Source of the DNA: Limisphaerales bacterium
GTDB lineage: Bacteria > Verrucomicrobiota > Verrucomicrobiia > Limisphaerales > UBA1100
DNA length: 64,000 nucleotides
Assembly (NCBI GenBank): GCA_965659445.1
Contig: CBFHWX010000002.1
Coordinates: 9,243 to 73,242, forward strand
Direction of reading: 5' to 3'
Both the position numbers and the translations under genes were made by a program. Under the pieces are notes generated by a model. That model ran no database searches and was not told where the DNA came from. It saw only the letters and a program-made list of their open reading frames with translations. Positions 41,173 to 51,654 of the stretch are shown here, in pieces (position 1 is the first letter of the stretch; the number at the start of each line of letters is the position of its first letter).

Positions 41173-44100
41173 TTAACTTTCAGTCGACATTGCTTCAATC
41201 AGCATCATGGTCGCAGTGGGTAGCACGGGTTCGAGGGCATCAATGTTTTTCGCTAAACGATTTGCCGCCTCGTTCTGACCGCGCTCCAAGAGGCGACGGT
41301 ACCATTCCATAAAAGCGGTGCTGATCAGTTGCTCCTTGTCAGGATCACTCAACTGCGCCGTTTGTCCGATGGCAATACGGCACAAGATTCGCGCGCCCTC
41401 GTTCAACGGATGTTGAGGGATCTTTTCAAATAACGCCAGTGCGTCCTTGAAATTTCCAACAGTAAGCAGAGCAACGCCGCGTTGTTTACGTATCTCTGGA
41501 TGTTCCGGGAATTCATCTATAGCGCAATCGGTCCAATGAAGGGCGACTTCAGAATCCTTTAGATGGCCATTGACAATATGACAACCGAGCGACCAGAGGC
41601 GCGCGTCGATGGAGCCGTTTTCAATAGCGTCAAATAGGAGTTTGACAGCTTTTTCCGGTTGTCCCAACTCGGTTAAGTATTGGGCATACCCATGACGAAC
41701 ACTGGTGGCTTCCGGGGCCATGCCCAAGGCTTGTTCATACTCTGTAATGGCTGAGTCTTCTTGGCCGGTCTTAGCCAGGCAATCGGCCAGCAAATGATGA
41801 GGGCCGTGTCCTTCTACACCCATAAATCGTGCAGTGAATGCTGGCTCATCCCGCTTGGTAATGCATTCACGGAAAGGCTCAATCGCCTCCTCAAATCGTT
41901 GCTGTTTCAACAATGCCAAGCCGTGTACGTAATGTATGGATGCAGTTGGTCCGCAATCAATGGCTAGCGTGCTGGTCGCGATCTCCACCAGTTCATCGTA
42001 GAGCTCGGCTTGCAACAAATGATAGCAGTATACACTTACTAATCGTTCGCGCACTTCCGGTAGAATGTCTTCTCGTGTGTGTTTGGAAAGCAGAGCAAAG
42101 GCCTCTTGATCCTTTTCGAGAGCCGCCTCAAACTGCCCGTCATTGAATAGATCCAGGGCGTAATTCATTAGGAGCGTGGGTTCCGGCGGCTGTTCTTTGA
42201 TGGACATTTCAAGAAGTTTCAAGTTGCGCCTCACTTTGTCGCGTTCCTTTTTCACTTCCGGCGCGTAGCCAAAGTGATGCAGGCAGGAGGTGCCTATGCC
42301 CGAGTCCATTTGCCAATCGATCTGACGCGCCAGCACTGAGGAATAAATCTGCTCATGCACGCGGCCCACAAAATGAAGGCTTGGCGCATTGCGGAACAGC
42401 CTCGGTACATAGCATATACCATCGGCGGTTTCATTGTCATCTTGGTCTACCTTGATTTTGTTCACCAGTGGTAAGCGATAGCCGAGATGGTTGGGGCGGG
42501 ACAAATCGTCACACAAGTGGTCGATTTCGCCTGTGGGCAGGATTTCATCGGCGTCCAGCACGAGCACCCAGTCTCCTCGGGCGTGTTCCAGTGCAAAGTT
42601 ACGAGCCGCGGAGAAATCATCGCACCATTCAAATTGATGAACCTCAGCGCCATGTTCTTCGGCAATTGCTACGGTCCGATCGGTAGAGCCTGTGTCGACC
42701 ACGACTACTTGATGGGCAATGTTTGTTATGGATTGCAACGCGTTGCCGAGAAATTTCTCTTCATCCTTGGCAATGAGACAAACGCTCAGGCGTAGACTTG
42801 TAGGGTTTTCGGGTAATGCGGGCCAGTTGATTCCCGGAGATTGTCCGGGTGATTGCTGTTTGATAGCCTCAAGAGCTCGCTGCGGAATCTCCCAGTTGGG
42901 AGTTAATCCCTTCAGCACCTCTAGACATTTCACCGCCTGTTGCGTATCACCGGATTCGAGAGCGATCTCGGCCAGATGCAGGTAAGCCTCGGGGTGGAAA
43001 GGGCGTTGCCCAATGGATTTCAGAGTCTCCTGCCATGATTCGATGTGCAGTCCTTGGTCAAGCAGTTCCTGAGCATGATCCAGATTTCCGACCAATGCTG
43101 TCGCGGGCAAATTTGCAGGATCATTTGTTGTTTTGTTTTGGACATGGCTACAAAGGTTATCCAACACATCGGCGCTGATATGACCGTTCGGTTGAGTTGA
43201 CATCTCGGGTTGAGTGGTTGTGTTGGCAAGTGCCTTCAAGTTCTCGGCGGCCACGGTATTATTTGGATCAATTTCCAAGGCGCGCTTGAAGCAGTCTTCA
43301 GAGGTGTCCTTGTCGTTTAGATTGTGGAAACAAACTCCCAGAGCGAGAATGATCTCAATGTCCTCCGGCAAGTCGGGCAGGGCTTGGCGGTAGAGATCAG
43401 CAGCTTCCTTATATTGTTTCGCCCTAAAATTGGCCGTTGCCAGCAGTTTCAGGCCATGAGAGTTCTCAGGCTCTAACTCGAGCGAGCGTTCCATGTAGAT
43501 TTCAAAGGTTTCATAATCTTTGACAAGCAATGCCGTTGTGGCCGCTTGTAATTGAACAGCGACTTCATTGGGTTGCAAATCGGAGTTTCGTCGAAAATAT
43601 TCCAGTGCCTCCTCTAGTTGTCCTTCACTGAAGTAAAGGTTGCCCAATGCCGTGAGTAGAGCCACTTCACTGGGTTGTTGCGACAGCATATTTTCCAACA
43701 ACGCAATCGCGCGTTGGGGTTCTTTCTGTTCGAGAGCAGCCTGCGCCTCCTGTAATAATTCACTTAGCGGTTGTGATTCTGATTCTTGAGCCTCAGTTTT
43801 CGTTTCGGTGAGTGAGTCACCTTGTTTAATTGCCAAGAGGTTGGTTTGGGCAATTTCGTTTTCCGGCTCCAACTGAAGGGCGCGCTCGTACGTGTCTTGC
43901 GCGGCTTCTGTTTGACCACCCCGATACAGGCACATCGCCAGAGCTAAGAGGTTTTGGACATTGTGTGGTTCCAGTTCCACCAGTTTGCCAAAGATGCGAC
44001 CGGCATCATAGTGGCGCTCCTGGTCGAGATTCATTTTACCCATGAAATGGAGCATCTCTGGCAATTCCGGATCTATCTCCATTGCCAAACCAAGGGCGGA

Positions 44101-47100
44101 TTCAAATTCATCATAACGATCTGTCTCGTAACTGGTCATCGCTAAGCGTGTGTATGCCATGGCGTTACGCGGTTGCAACTCGATGAGATGGCGGAAATGC
44201 CTCCGTGCTTCCTCAAAGCGTTCCTGTTGAAATAGCCCTGATCCCAATGCCTCTATTAGTCGAGGGTTCTTGGGATCGAGTTCCAATGCGCGTTCTAGTT
44301 CTGCAAAGGCCGCTTCCATGTTGCCTGCCTGTTGAAAGAAATCCGCTTGTTCCAGAAACTCATTCACAGGTGCTGTTTCCAAATTGGAATTCACTTGAGC
44401 GGGTGCAGGCGGGTGTTTGCGCAAGGTGTTTTCAGTGACACTCAAGTTGTGTTTTGTCAGTTCATTTTCAGGATCGTGAGTAAGCAACTGTTTGTACGTA
44501 TCCTGAGCACGTTCTACTTCTCCGGTTTTGAATTGGCAAAACGCCAAGGCCTGTAGTGCCTCTACCGTGATACCACCTTGTTCGGCAACTTGATCATATT
44601 TGCGTCGTGCCTCGACATAGCGTTCGGCGCGCACATCTAAATCGGCCAACAACTTAAGTGCCTCAGGATGGTTTGGTTCCATAATGAGCGCTTGCTGCAG
44701 AGCAGTAGTACAGGCCTCCTCGTCGCCGTCGTGAAAGGCAGCTAAGCCGTGCTGTACATGACCCGTGGCATCGTTTGGACACGCGGTTGTAAACTCTTCA
44801 AAAAGTGTTCGCGCCTTATCATACTGTGTTACAAGAAACTGCTGTGTGGCCAAGGCGCGAAGGAGGACTGGATGGCGGTCGCCAAGTTCCAGAGCCTGTT
44901 CTAAAGCCTGGATGGCTCCCGCTCGATCCTCGCGTTCGTTGCAGGCCTCTGCTTGATTCAAGGCCTTTTCAAGTGTTTTCGGTTGAGGTAGGGTATTTTT
45001 GTCCATAACTATTTCAGGTTGTTTTGTTTCAGTCAAAAAATCTGTGTTTTCACCGTAATTCGGCTCGGTACCGTACTCGATCCAGTCGAGGATCTGCCGC
45101 ACACGGATTTCAGCGGTGTGATGGCACAGCACTTTGCGCCGCGCGGTCTCGGCCATTTGCCGGGCTTGATTCGGGTTCGACTGCAGCCAACGGATTTGCT
45201 CGGCCAACTGTTCCGGTTTGTCGCGATCAAACCATAGGATTTCCTTGCCTGGGATGAACAAGGCCTGAGTCCTATCTCGTGGCGGTTTCCAGGAAATTAC
45301 CGGTCTACCGGCTGCCATGCTTTCCACCACGCGTCCGCCGTAAGATTTAAAAATGGATGGCAGATTTACTTGAGCATAACTCTGGCGTAGCCCCCTTTGC
45401 CACAGGTCATTGAGCTGTCGGCGCGTACGGCGAAGTTCCTCTAAATATTCATCCAGCAAATTCAGAGTGATCGTTTCACCTTCGAGGAGTTGCTTAATGG
45501 AAAGGGTTTGGATGTTGTCAAACCGGGTTGGTAGATTGGTACCAGTTTCCACCGGTTTCGGCCGTTGCAGCAGCCCGTGCAGGGCGGGGTGATGCAAAAG
45601 TACCTGTCGTTCCTCGCTATAAAGGGAGCCCTGAAAACTGGCAGCCGCAGCTTCGGGCAAGTGGATATTGCCGCACACATCGCGCCAACTTACAACCGGC
45701 GGGCACCATAAAGTCCTTATGGGTAAATCATTCGGAAGTGTTTCGGCGTCTCGTTCATCAAATGTGAGGACGTGTGTGCAATGTTTCAGATGACCCAAAA
45801 CCTTTTCCCGGCGTGATCTGAGTTTTGCATAGTGTGTTTCTTCCTCTGTGGAATGTTCTAAGGATTCCATGACCACTCCAACACGCACTGGCGCGATAGT
45901 TTCCAGCCATTCCATGAATTTCGGGTCGTAATCGTTGTGAGTGACCCAAATCCATACTTGGTCAAAAGTGTTGTCTTGCGTGAAAATCTCCGCCTGTCGA
46001 AGCCAGGAGCCGCGGTGGTTGGAGGGCACCCCAGCGATGGCCGGCAGCGTGAGGTGTTTGACATCGTGTGTACCTAGCGCATCTTCCAGCGCGTAAAAAC
46101 CGTTGTACGACCAAGTGTGAGCATGCTCCCAGTTTCCGCATTCAAACGAGATGAGTAGAACTTTTTTGGGATCATTCTGTTCACCCGTAGGGCAGGCCAA
46201 ATGGGAGGATGTCACTCGGCCAGATGTGAGCCGTTCTTTACCCGCAAAAGGATCTTCCGAAAGCGCCAGTTTGGTTATACCTGAGGGCAAAACTAGCGTG
46301 TCATTCTCGAAGAGACTGCTGGAGTGAGTGGAGGCAAACGTGATGCGTTGTAGATTGCGGAACCGATTTTCATAAGTTTCCCACTCGGGGATGGAAACAT
46401 TGCAGTGTTCTTGAATGTTGGTCAGAAGCCGAAAGGATGGAGTGATCAGGATACTGGAATTGAAAAGCACCTCCAGCAACGAAGTCGCTCGTTCGGCATC
46501 GCCTACGTTATTTCTTAACAGCAGTGAACGGGCGAGTGAATATTGATAACGCGGGAATTCCGGATCCCAATTTACGGCCTGTTCCAAGTGCTCAACCTCA
46601 CCGGTGTACTGGCCCAAATAATGAGCGAGAGAGGCAAGAATCAGATTTTTCAACTTGTCCGTGTCCAAGCAATTATTACCGAGTCCCAGTGTGAGAGTGT
46701 CCAGGTAGCTCCGATAATTGAAGAAGGCGCCGTGATAATCCCACGGCATGATGTCTTCGTGCGGATCAATTACACCAAAGCTCTCCGTGTTGTTTAGGAT
46801 TGACCGAACGTGGTCTAGCACCTCCTGAATGTATTCGGGTTCGCCTAAGTGCAGATCATGTCGGATTCCATTAAATCGTAAAGCCAGCGAGTCAGGGTGT
46901 GTGTCCCAACCGTGCCGATAAATCCGGTTGGCATCTTCGTTTAGCTCTGTTTGCATCCGGTTAATTTTTTTGTATTCGTCGGGATTCCTCATCAGCCTTT
47001 GGATGTCAGGTATGTCGCTCGACAAATACAAATCTACTTCCCTTGCTGCATCAATGATTTGACTAGCCCTGGGATTGACTGATTCCTTCTCTTCACACTC

Positions 47101-48504
47101 TTTCCAAGTATGTTTAAGTTGGCATTGATTAATCGTCGGTGGATAAACCCAACCTTTTTTGGCAATGACACGTTTTTGATGCGGGGCATCAGGCGATTGG
47201 CGCCACCGGCTTTGTCCAGCATTGGCAGTTTGTACGGTCAGGAAACGTAGAAATTGAGAGATGCACCGGCTTTGTTGGAATTCGCGGCGCATGATTTGAG
47301 ATCCCCGCTGGGCCTGAGGGCCAACGGTTTGCCAGTTTTCAACAAGATCGTTTATACGATTTGCCAGTTGATCGGGCTCGTAAATATAGACGCCTTCATC
47401 TTGACCGACATAAAGCCCCAGAGCGCTTCCAGCCTGTGTTAGTACTGCGCAGCCGGCGGCCAATGATTCTACTCCCCGGGAAGGCATGCTGCCAGGATGG
47501 CGAATATAGGTGAAAGAGACCTTGGATCGCATTAATTCACTCGCATAACTCAAAGGGGCAAGAAACCCATCCATGGAACGAATGTGCAGCGAGGTATCTC
47601 CCAGCAATGCCTGAAGGAGTCGGGCTTTGTCTGGATGATAATGACTGCTCATGGTTCCCGAGATGAAAACATCTACCTCACGGTTTTCTGGTGCAGTGAT
47701 GGTTTGGAAATGATTCGGGTTAATGCCGAACAGTTTTGGAAAAGTGCAAACTGGACCGTGACGCAATGAACGAACCTTTGCCCACTCCTCGGGTCCGAGT
47801 GTGATTACTTGGTCAAACGCGGGCAGCCAGGGAGCGTTGTTTTGAATATGGATATCCGTGTCCGATGTAACACCGAAAGTTGGACAATCGAGTTCCGTAA
47901 GGTCGTAGGGCAAGTATTGCCACTCGATCATATGGGCAAAATAAAAGTCCGGTTTGATGGTCAGTTCCTCCCGAATGCCGAGGAATGGCTTTTCCGGTAT
48001 ACGGCAATCAGGAACCCATAGTCCCTCACTATTTCGGCGGGTGCGTTTGATGCCCGCATGTTGCACGTGGAAATGATCGTCCTCAAAAACGTCTTCTTCC
48101 CAGACCGTTTGAGTCAGTACATTGATTTGCGGCTTCCGGATTAGCGCCAGCAAGCGCTTGGCTTCCGGCAAATTAGAATGGGACAAGACATCCGTCGCCT
48201 CCGCTTCGTTGCCATCAATCCATAATGCGGCCCCAAGGTAAAATCTTGCTTCATCGGAATTCTCTTTTTCTAGGCCAGCGACGGCGGAGTGTACTTGGCC
48301 GATCAGGCCCATTGCGGCAGAGATCTGCTGTCCATCCACTTGGGAAGAACCCGCCACGCCACAGAAGTTCCCGGCAGTAAACCAATCCTCCGGCGTGCCG
48401 AGGGAAGCATCCGTGTACGAATAAATCTCAATATCCCGGTCTGGGAATTGACTTTTCACATCCATGTTACCCAAAACAAAGCAACTTCCGGGCCAAAGGT
48501 GCAA
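41173..48504 (-). CDS. Giant (2443 aa) multi-glycosyltransferase/TPR protein: two GT-B-like modules, a TPR array, a GT2 module and a second TPR array
   Basis: This is a single uninterrupted 7.3-kb ORF. GT-B-like module 1 lies at about 47300-48465 (DVFISGT...RGVESLAAGCAVLTQ). Module 2 lies at about 45070-46175 (GGRVVESMAAGRPVISW). The first TPR array spans about 42800-44990. The GT2 module lies at about 42100-42790 (LSVCLIAKDEEKFLGNALQS...VVVVDTGSTDRT...WVLVLDADE). More TPR-like helices follow at 41173-42100. The track start at 48504 is a TTG; an alternative ATG lies at 48465. Confidence 0.85.
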   Translation of the reverse strand: MHLWPGSCFVLGNMDVKSQFPDRDIEIYSYTDASLGTPEDWFTAGNFCGVAGSSQVDGQQISAAMGLIGQVHSAVAGLEKENSDEARFYLGAALWIDGNEAEATDVLSHSNLPEAKRLLALIRKPQINVLTQTVWEEDVFEDDHFHVQHAGIKRTRRNSEGLWVPDCRIPEKPFLGIREELTIKPDFYFAHMIEWQYLPYDLTELDCPTFGVTSDTDIHIQNNAPWLPAFDQVITLGPEEWAKVRSLRHGPVCTFPKLFGINPNHFQTITAPENREVDVFISGTMSSHYHPDKARLLQALLGDTSLHIRSMDGFLAPLSYASELMRSKVSFTYIRHPGSMPSRGVESLAAGCAVLTQAGSALGLYVGQDEGVYIYEPDQLANRINDLVENWQTVGPQAQRGSQIMRREFQQSRCISQFLRFLTVQTANAGQSRWRQSPDAPHQKRVIAKKGWVYPPTINQCQLKHTWKECEEKESVNPRASQIIDAAREVDLYLSSDIPDIQRLMRNPDEYKKINRMQTELNEDANRIYRHGWDTHPDSLALRFNGIRHDLHLGEPEYIQEVLDHVRSILNNTESFGVIDPHEDIMPWDYHGAFFNYRSYLDTLTLGLGNNCLDTDKLKNLILASLAHYLGQYTGEVEHLEQAVNWDPEFPRYQYSLARSLLLRNNVGDAERATSLLEVLFNSSILITPSFRLLTNIQEHCNVSIPEWETYENRFRNLQRITFASTHSSSLFENDTLVLPSGITKLALSEDPFAGKERLTSGRVTSSHLACPTGEQNDPKKVLLISFECGNWEHAHTWSYNGFYALEDALGTHDVKHLTLPAIAGVPSNHRGSWLRQAEIFTQDNTFDQVWIWVTHNDYDPKFMEWLETIAPVRVGVVMESLEHSTEEETHYAKLRSRREKVLGHLKHCTHVLTFDERDAETLPNDLPIRTLWCPPVVSWRDVCGNIHLPEAAAASFQGSLYSEERQVLLHHPALHGLLQRPKPVETGTNLPTRFDNIQTLSIKQLLEGETITLNLLDEYLEELRRTRRQLNDLWQRGLRQSYAQVNLPSIFKSYGGRVVESMAAGRPVISWKPPRDRTQALFIPGKEILWFDRDKPEQLAEQIRWLQSNPNQARQMAETARRKVLCHHTAEIRVRQILDWIEYGTEPNYGENTDFLTETKQPEIVMDKNTLPQPKTLEKALNQAEACNEREDRAGAIQALEQALELGDRHPVLLRALATQQFLVTQYDKARTLFEEFTTACPNDATGHVQHGLAAFHDGDEEACTTALQQALIMEPNHPEALKLLADLDVRAERYVEARRKYDQVAEQGGITVEALQALAFCQFKTGEVERAQDTYKQLLTHDPENELTKHNLSVTENTLRKHPPAPAQVNSNLETAPVNEFLEQADFFQQAGNMEAAFAELERALELDPKNPRLIEALGSGLFQQERFEEARRHFRHLIELQPRNAMAYTRLAMTSYETDRYDEFESALGLAMEIDPELPEMLHFMGKMNLDQERHYDAGRIFGKLVELEPHNVQNLLALAMCLYRGGQTEAAQDTYERALQLEPENEIAQTNLLAIKQGDSLTETKTEAQESESQPLSELLQEAQAALEQKEPQRAIALLENMLSQQPSEVALLTALGNLYFSEGQLEEALEYFRRNSDLQPNEVAVQLQAATTALLVKDYETFEIYMERSLELEPENSHGLKLLATANFRAKQYKEAADLYRQALPDLPEDIEIILALGVCFHNLNDKDTSEDCFKRALEIDPNNTVAAENLKALANTTTQPEMSTQPNGHISADVLDNLCSHVQNKTTNDPANLPATALVGNLDHAQELLDQGLHIESWQETLKSIGQRPFHPEAYLHLAEIALESGDTQQAVKCLEVLKGLTPNWEIPQRALEAIKQQSPGQSPGINWPALPENPTSLRLSVCLIAKDEEKFLGNALQSITNIAHQVVVVDTGSTDRTVAIAEEHGAEVHQFEWCDDFSAARNFALEHARGDWVLVLDADEILPTGEIDHLCDDLSRPNHLGYRLPLVNKIKVDQDDNETADGICYVPRLFRNAPSLHFVGRVHEQIYSSVLARQIDWQMDSGIGTSCLHHFGYAPEVKKERDKVRRNLKLLEMSIKEQPPEPTLLMNYALDLFNDGQFEAALEKDQEAFALLSKHTREDILPEVRERLVSVYCYHLLQAELYDELVEIATSTLAIDCGPTASIHYVHGLALLKQQRFEEAIEPFRECITKRDEPAFTARFMGVEGHGPHHLLADCLAKTGQEDSAITEYEQALGMAPEATSVRHGYAQYLTELGQPEKAVKLLFDAIENGSIDARLWSLGCHIVNGHLKDSEVALHWTDCAIDEFPEHPEIRKQRGVALLTVGNFKDALALFEKIPQHPLNEGARILCRIAIGQTAQLSDPDKEQLISTAFMEWYRRLLERGQNEAANRLAKNIDALEPVLPTATMMLIEAMSTES

Positions 48505-48638
48505 AAAAAAGCCGTGGGATTAGTAAATATCAACTAAAATGCCTATTTTACCTTTTTATCAATAAAAATCAGATTTTAGTTTGAATTCTCAAATAACCAC
48601 TTTGCAGGTGAGAAAGGCGACAAAAAAACTGATGGTCA

Positions 48639-48655
48639 CGGCATATTAACTGCTG
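48639..48655 (+). promoter_or_regulatory. Degenerate sigma-54-like element (CGGCATattaaCTGCTG) upstream of the radical SAM gene
   Basis: GG and GC are retained at consensus spacing and the TGCTG extension is shared with the flagellar sites. The first consensus T is a C. Confidence 0.3.
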
Positions 48656-48776
48656 TGACATGGCCATGGTTTCAACGATTGAAACGACAGATTTACCGAC
48701 CAAAGCAAAGAAAAACGCTCCCATAAAAAGGGGTGTGGACGGCGGTGATTTAGTCGTTTAGCATCATATTCGCGTT

Positions 48777-50396
48777 ATGCGTGTTCTATTCGTAGTTTAT
48801 GATAATGGGTCGTATGATCACATTTTCCCAATGGGACTTGGGGCAATTGGGGCTATCTTAAAGAGAGATGGGCACGAAATTAGTGTCTGGAATCAAGATA
48901 TGCATCATTGGCCAGATGAGTACTTAACAGAGTATTTAGATAAAAATAAATTTGATTTGGTTATCGTGAGTTTGATAGCTGGTTATTACCAATATAGAAG
49001 AATGTTGGGACTATCTAAAGCAATCAATAAATCTAAACAACGGCCAACTTATGTAATCGGAGGTTACGGACCAACACCTGAGCCAGAATATTGGCTCAGG
49101 AAACTAGAATGCGACATAGTAGGGCTAGGAGAGGGAGAAATTACAATATCTGAGCTAACAAAAACGCTAGATAATAATGAACCATTGGAACAGGTTCCCG
49201 GAATTGCGTGGATAGATGTAAGTGGCAAATTTCAGGAAACACCAAGGCCTCCACAAATCGAAGATTTAGATTCTCTTCCGTGGTATCCGTATGAATTGTT
49301 CCCAATGGAGTATTACAGGCTCATGGAACTTCCCAGAGCTTCAGCAACTGATTTTCGCATGCCAATGATGTCTGCAAGAGGTTGCACTTTTAAATGTACG
49401 TTTTGTTACAGGATGGACCCTGGCTACAGAAAGCGTGATCCAGTAGCATTACTTGATGAGGTGGAGTTTCTTTATAAGGATTACGGTATAACAAGAATTA
49501 CATTTCAGGATGATTTATTAATGTCATCTGTTGAACATACAATTGAGGTTTGCCGCGAGTTTGAAAAGCGCAAACTGCCAATTACATGGGATTGTAATGG
49601 ACGGTTAAATTATTGCAGCAAAGAATTGTTGGAGTATATGAGTAAGGTGGGATGTGTTTATATTAATTATGGAATTGAATCAATGGATCCCAATGTGCTT
49701 AACAGCATGAAAAAGGGCTTGTCCCCTAAAACGATTACTCAAGGAATAGAATGGACATTGGATGTTGGAATAAGCCCAGGCCTTAATTTTATATTTGGTT
49801 ATCCTGATGATAATATGGATACCATAAAAAAATCAGTGAACTTTTTACTGAAGTACGATGATTTTTCAGAAAAAAGAACTATTCGACCTGTAACTCCATA
49901 TCCGGGATCGCCCATTTATTATGACGCTATCAATAAGGGTTTACTGGATAAAGATAATCCCGCAGCGGATTTCTACGAAAACAAACATCTTAATTCTGAT
50001 CTGATATCCGTAAATTTAACAAAACTTCCCGATGAAGAATTCTATAAGTGTATTCAATGGGCAAACAAAACACTTATGGAGAATTACTTCAATAATCAGC
50101 GCGAGAACACCCTTGCCCAAATAGACTATTTATATACTACAAAAGACACTTCTTTTAGGGGTTTTAGGGGCATGCATGATGACACGACAATGGAACATGC
50201 CAAGGGGAAAAATAATGATTTAAAAAACTGGGAGGGGTCTAAAAAATCTGATGGTGACAGATTTTCAACTCATGGGCTTGGTAAATCTAGGCTTAAGAAA
50301 GAAATTAAAGTAAAAGATGGAAATGCGGGGAATGCCAGTAAAAAGTTTAAACATGAATATAAAAAAATAATATCAAGAGAAAAAGTGTTGAAATGA
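48777..50396 (+). CDS. B12-binding (class B) radical SAM enzyme
   Basis: The N-terminal cobalamin-binding-like Rossmann segment reads FDLVIVSLIAGYY...VIGGYGPT. The CxxxCxxC cluster motif is ARGCTFKCTFCY (49382-49405). The C-terminal tail is Lys-rich. The gene is visibly AT-rich. Confidence 0.9.
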   Translation: MRVLFVVYDNGSYDHIFPMGLGAIGAILKRDGHEISVWNQDMHHWPDEYLTEYLDKNKFDLVIVSLIAGYYQYRRMLGLSKAINKSKQRPTYVIGGYGPTPEPEYWLRKLECDIVGLGEGEITISELTKTLDNNEPLEQVPGIAWIDVSGKFQETPRPPQIEDLDSLPWYPYELFPMEYYRLMELPRASATDFRMPMMSARGCTFKCTFCYRMDPGYRKRDPVALLDEVEFLYKDYGITRITFQDDLLMSSVEHTIEVCREFEKRKLPITWDCNGRLNYCSKELLEYMSKVGCVYINYGIESMDPNVLNSMKKGLSPKTITQGIEWTLDVGISPGLNFIFGYPDDNMDTIKKSVNFLLKYDDFSEKRTIRPVTPYPGSPIYYDAINKGLLDKDNPAADFYENKHLNSDLISVNLTKLPDEEFYKCIQWANKTLMENYFNNQRENTLAQIDYLYTTKDTSFRGFRGMHDDTTMEHAKGKNNDLKNWEGSKKSDGDRFSTHGLGKSRLKKEIKVKDGNAGNASKKFKHEYKKIISREKVLK

Positions 50397-50484
50397 TTTT
50401 ACATGCACTTATCTAGCTTAAGCCTATACCATGCAGATTTGTGTAAAATCCAAATATGTTACTTAATAGTAAATTACGTAAACA

Positions 50485-51654
50485 ATGCGGAAAAAAGTGT
50501 TCTTGTTAGTTGGGTTTGAAGGTTTGCCCGAACTGTTGACTCAATACAATCCAGACGAACCGTCTGCATTTATTTTTCAAAACAATCCAGGCAATCGTTT
50601 TTTTGTTGAAAAGATCCTCAAGAAAAAAGAGTGTAGCCTGTCTGTTAATGGTTTCCCTTCTAATGTAGTAGTTTTTGATAAGGACCCGGAAAGCAATAAA
50701 GGTCAATCATTGGCCTTCCAAGATTTCACCCCTAATCAATGGTCTTCTTTTTTGGGAATCCCTGAGTTTGTGAAACAAATCAGGGATTACATCAATAAGC
50801 TGCAGCCAATATCGGAAATAGTTTGGTACAATCGCCAGGACCTTTGGGTGTCGTTAGTACTGAGTATTGCTAAGGATATGAAAATCCCAACTTTACTAAT
50901 ACAATCAGAACGCAATTCACAAATAAAATTTAATTATTGGAACAATGAGAAATTGAGAGAAATCAATCCGAAAACGGCGGGATTTATTGATCAACTGAAT
51001 AGCGCGCTTTCTCAGAAACTGTTATTAGCGGACATATACTTGGATAACATTGATGATTGCATGCTCTATTCAGGGTTAAGCCCGGCGTTAGAGGGGCATA
51101 GGCAATTGGATGTATCTTTGGATGAAGTTGCAGAAAATATAAATAAATTAAAAAGAGAATTAAATTATTCATGTGATGTGAAACCCAACAAATCAAACTC
51201 TGAAATATTATTTGTTGATGATGGAATGTCATTTGATGATCACGGGTATAACTGGGAAAAGACTCGTGATAATCTCAAGAGATATTTTATTGATTTGCCC
51301 ACTGATGTCCCTGTAACAATAAAGATGAGGCAAGTCAGGGATGAAGATGAAGGCACAAAGAATCAACTTGTTGAGTTATTCCCGGCGCGGTCAAAAATTA
51401 GATTTGCCCAATCTTTTATGCCCTTAGAGTTTATGATTAGCGATTTTGATATGGTCTTTTACATGCTTACCTCCTCTATGCTGTATCCATTCAAAACCAG
51501 ACGTATAAGTTTATTCAAATTATTAGCTGTGGAAAAAGAAAGTTTTCACGCCCGTTGGAAAATCTATATGAAATATATTAAATCATTATCTTCTGGTGAT
51601 TCTCTAATTATCACAGAAAGTAAATCAAGGGTAGAAGACCTGGTTCCTCATTAG
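50485..51654 (+). CDS. Hypothetical protein (389 aa), AT-rich; possible GT-B-type transferase (weak)
   Basis: It is a clean ORF in the same AT-rich islet as the radical SAM gene. N-terminal KKVFLLVGFEG and C-terminal DFDMVFYMLTSSMLY loosely resemble GT-B or capsule-type transferases. No firm motif was found. Confidence 0.5.
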   Translation: MRKKVFLLVGFEGLPELLTQYNPDEPSAFIFQNNPGNRFFVEKILKKKECSLSVNGFPSNVVVFDKDPESNKGQSLAFQDFTPNQWSSFLGIPEFVKQIRDYINKLQPISEIVWYNRQDLWVSLVLSIAKDMKIPTLLIQSERNSQIKFNYWNNEKLREINPKTAGFIDQLNSALSQKLLLADIYLDNIDDCMLYSGLSPALEGHRQLDVSLDEVAENINKLKRELNYSCDVKPNKSNSEILFVDDGMSFDDHGYNWEKTRDNLKRYFIDLPTDVPVTIKMRQVRDEDEGTKNQLVELFPARSKIRFAQSFMPLEFMISDFDMVFYMLTSSMLYPFKTRRISLFKLLAVEKESFHARWKIYMKYIKSLSSGDSLIITESKSRVEDLVPH

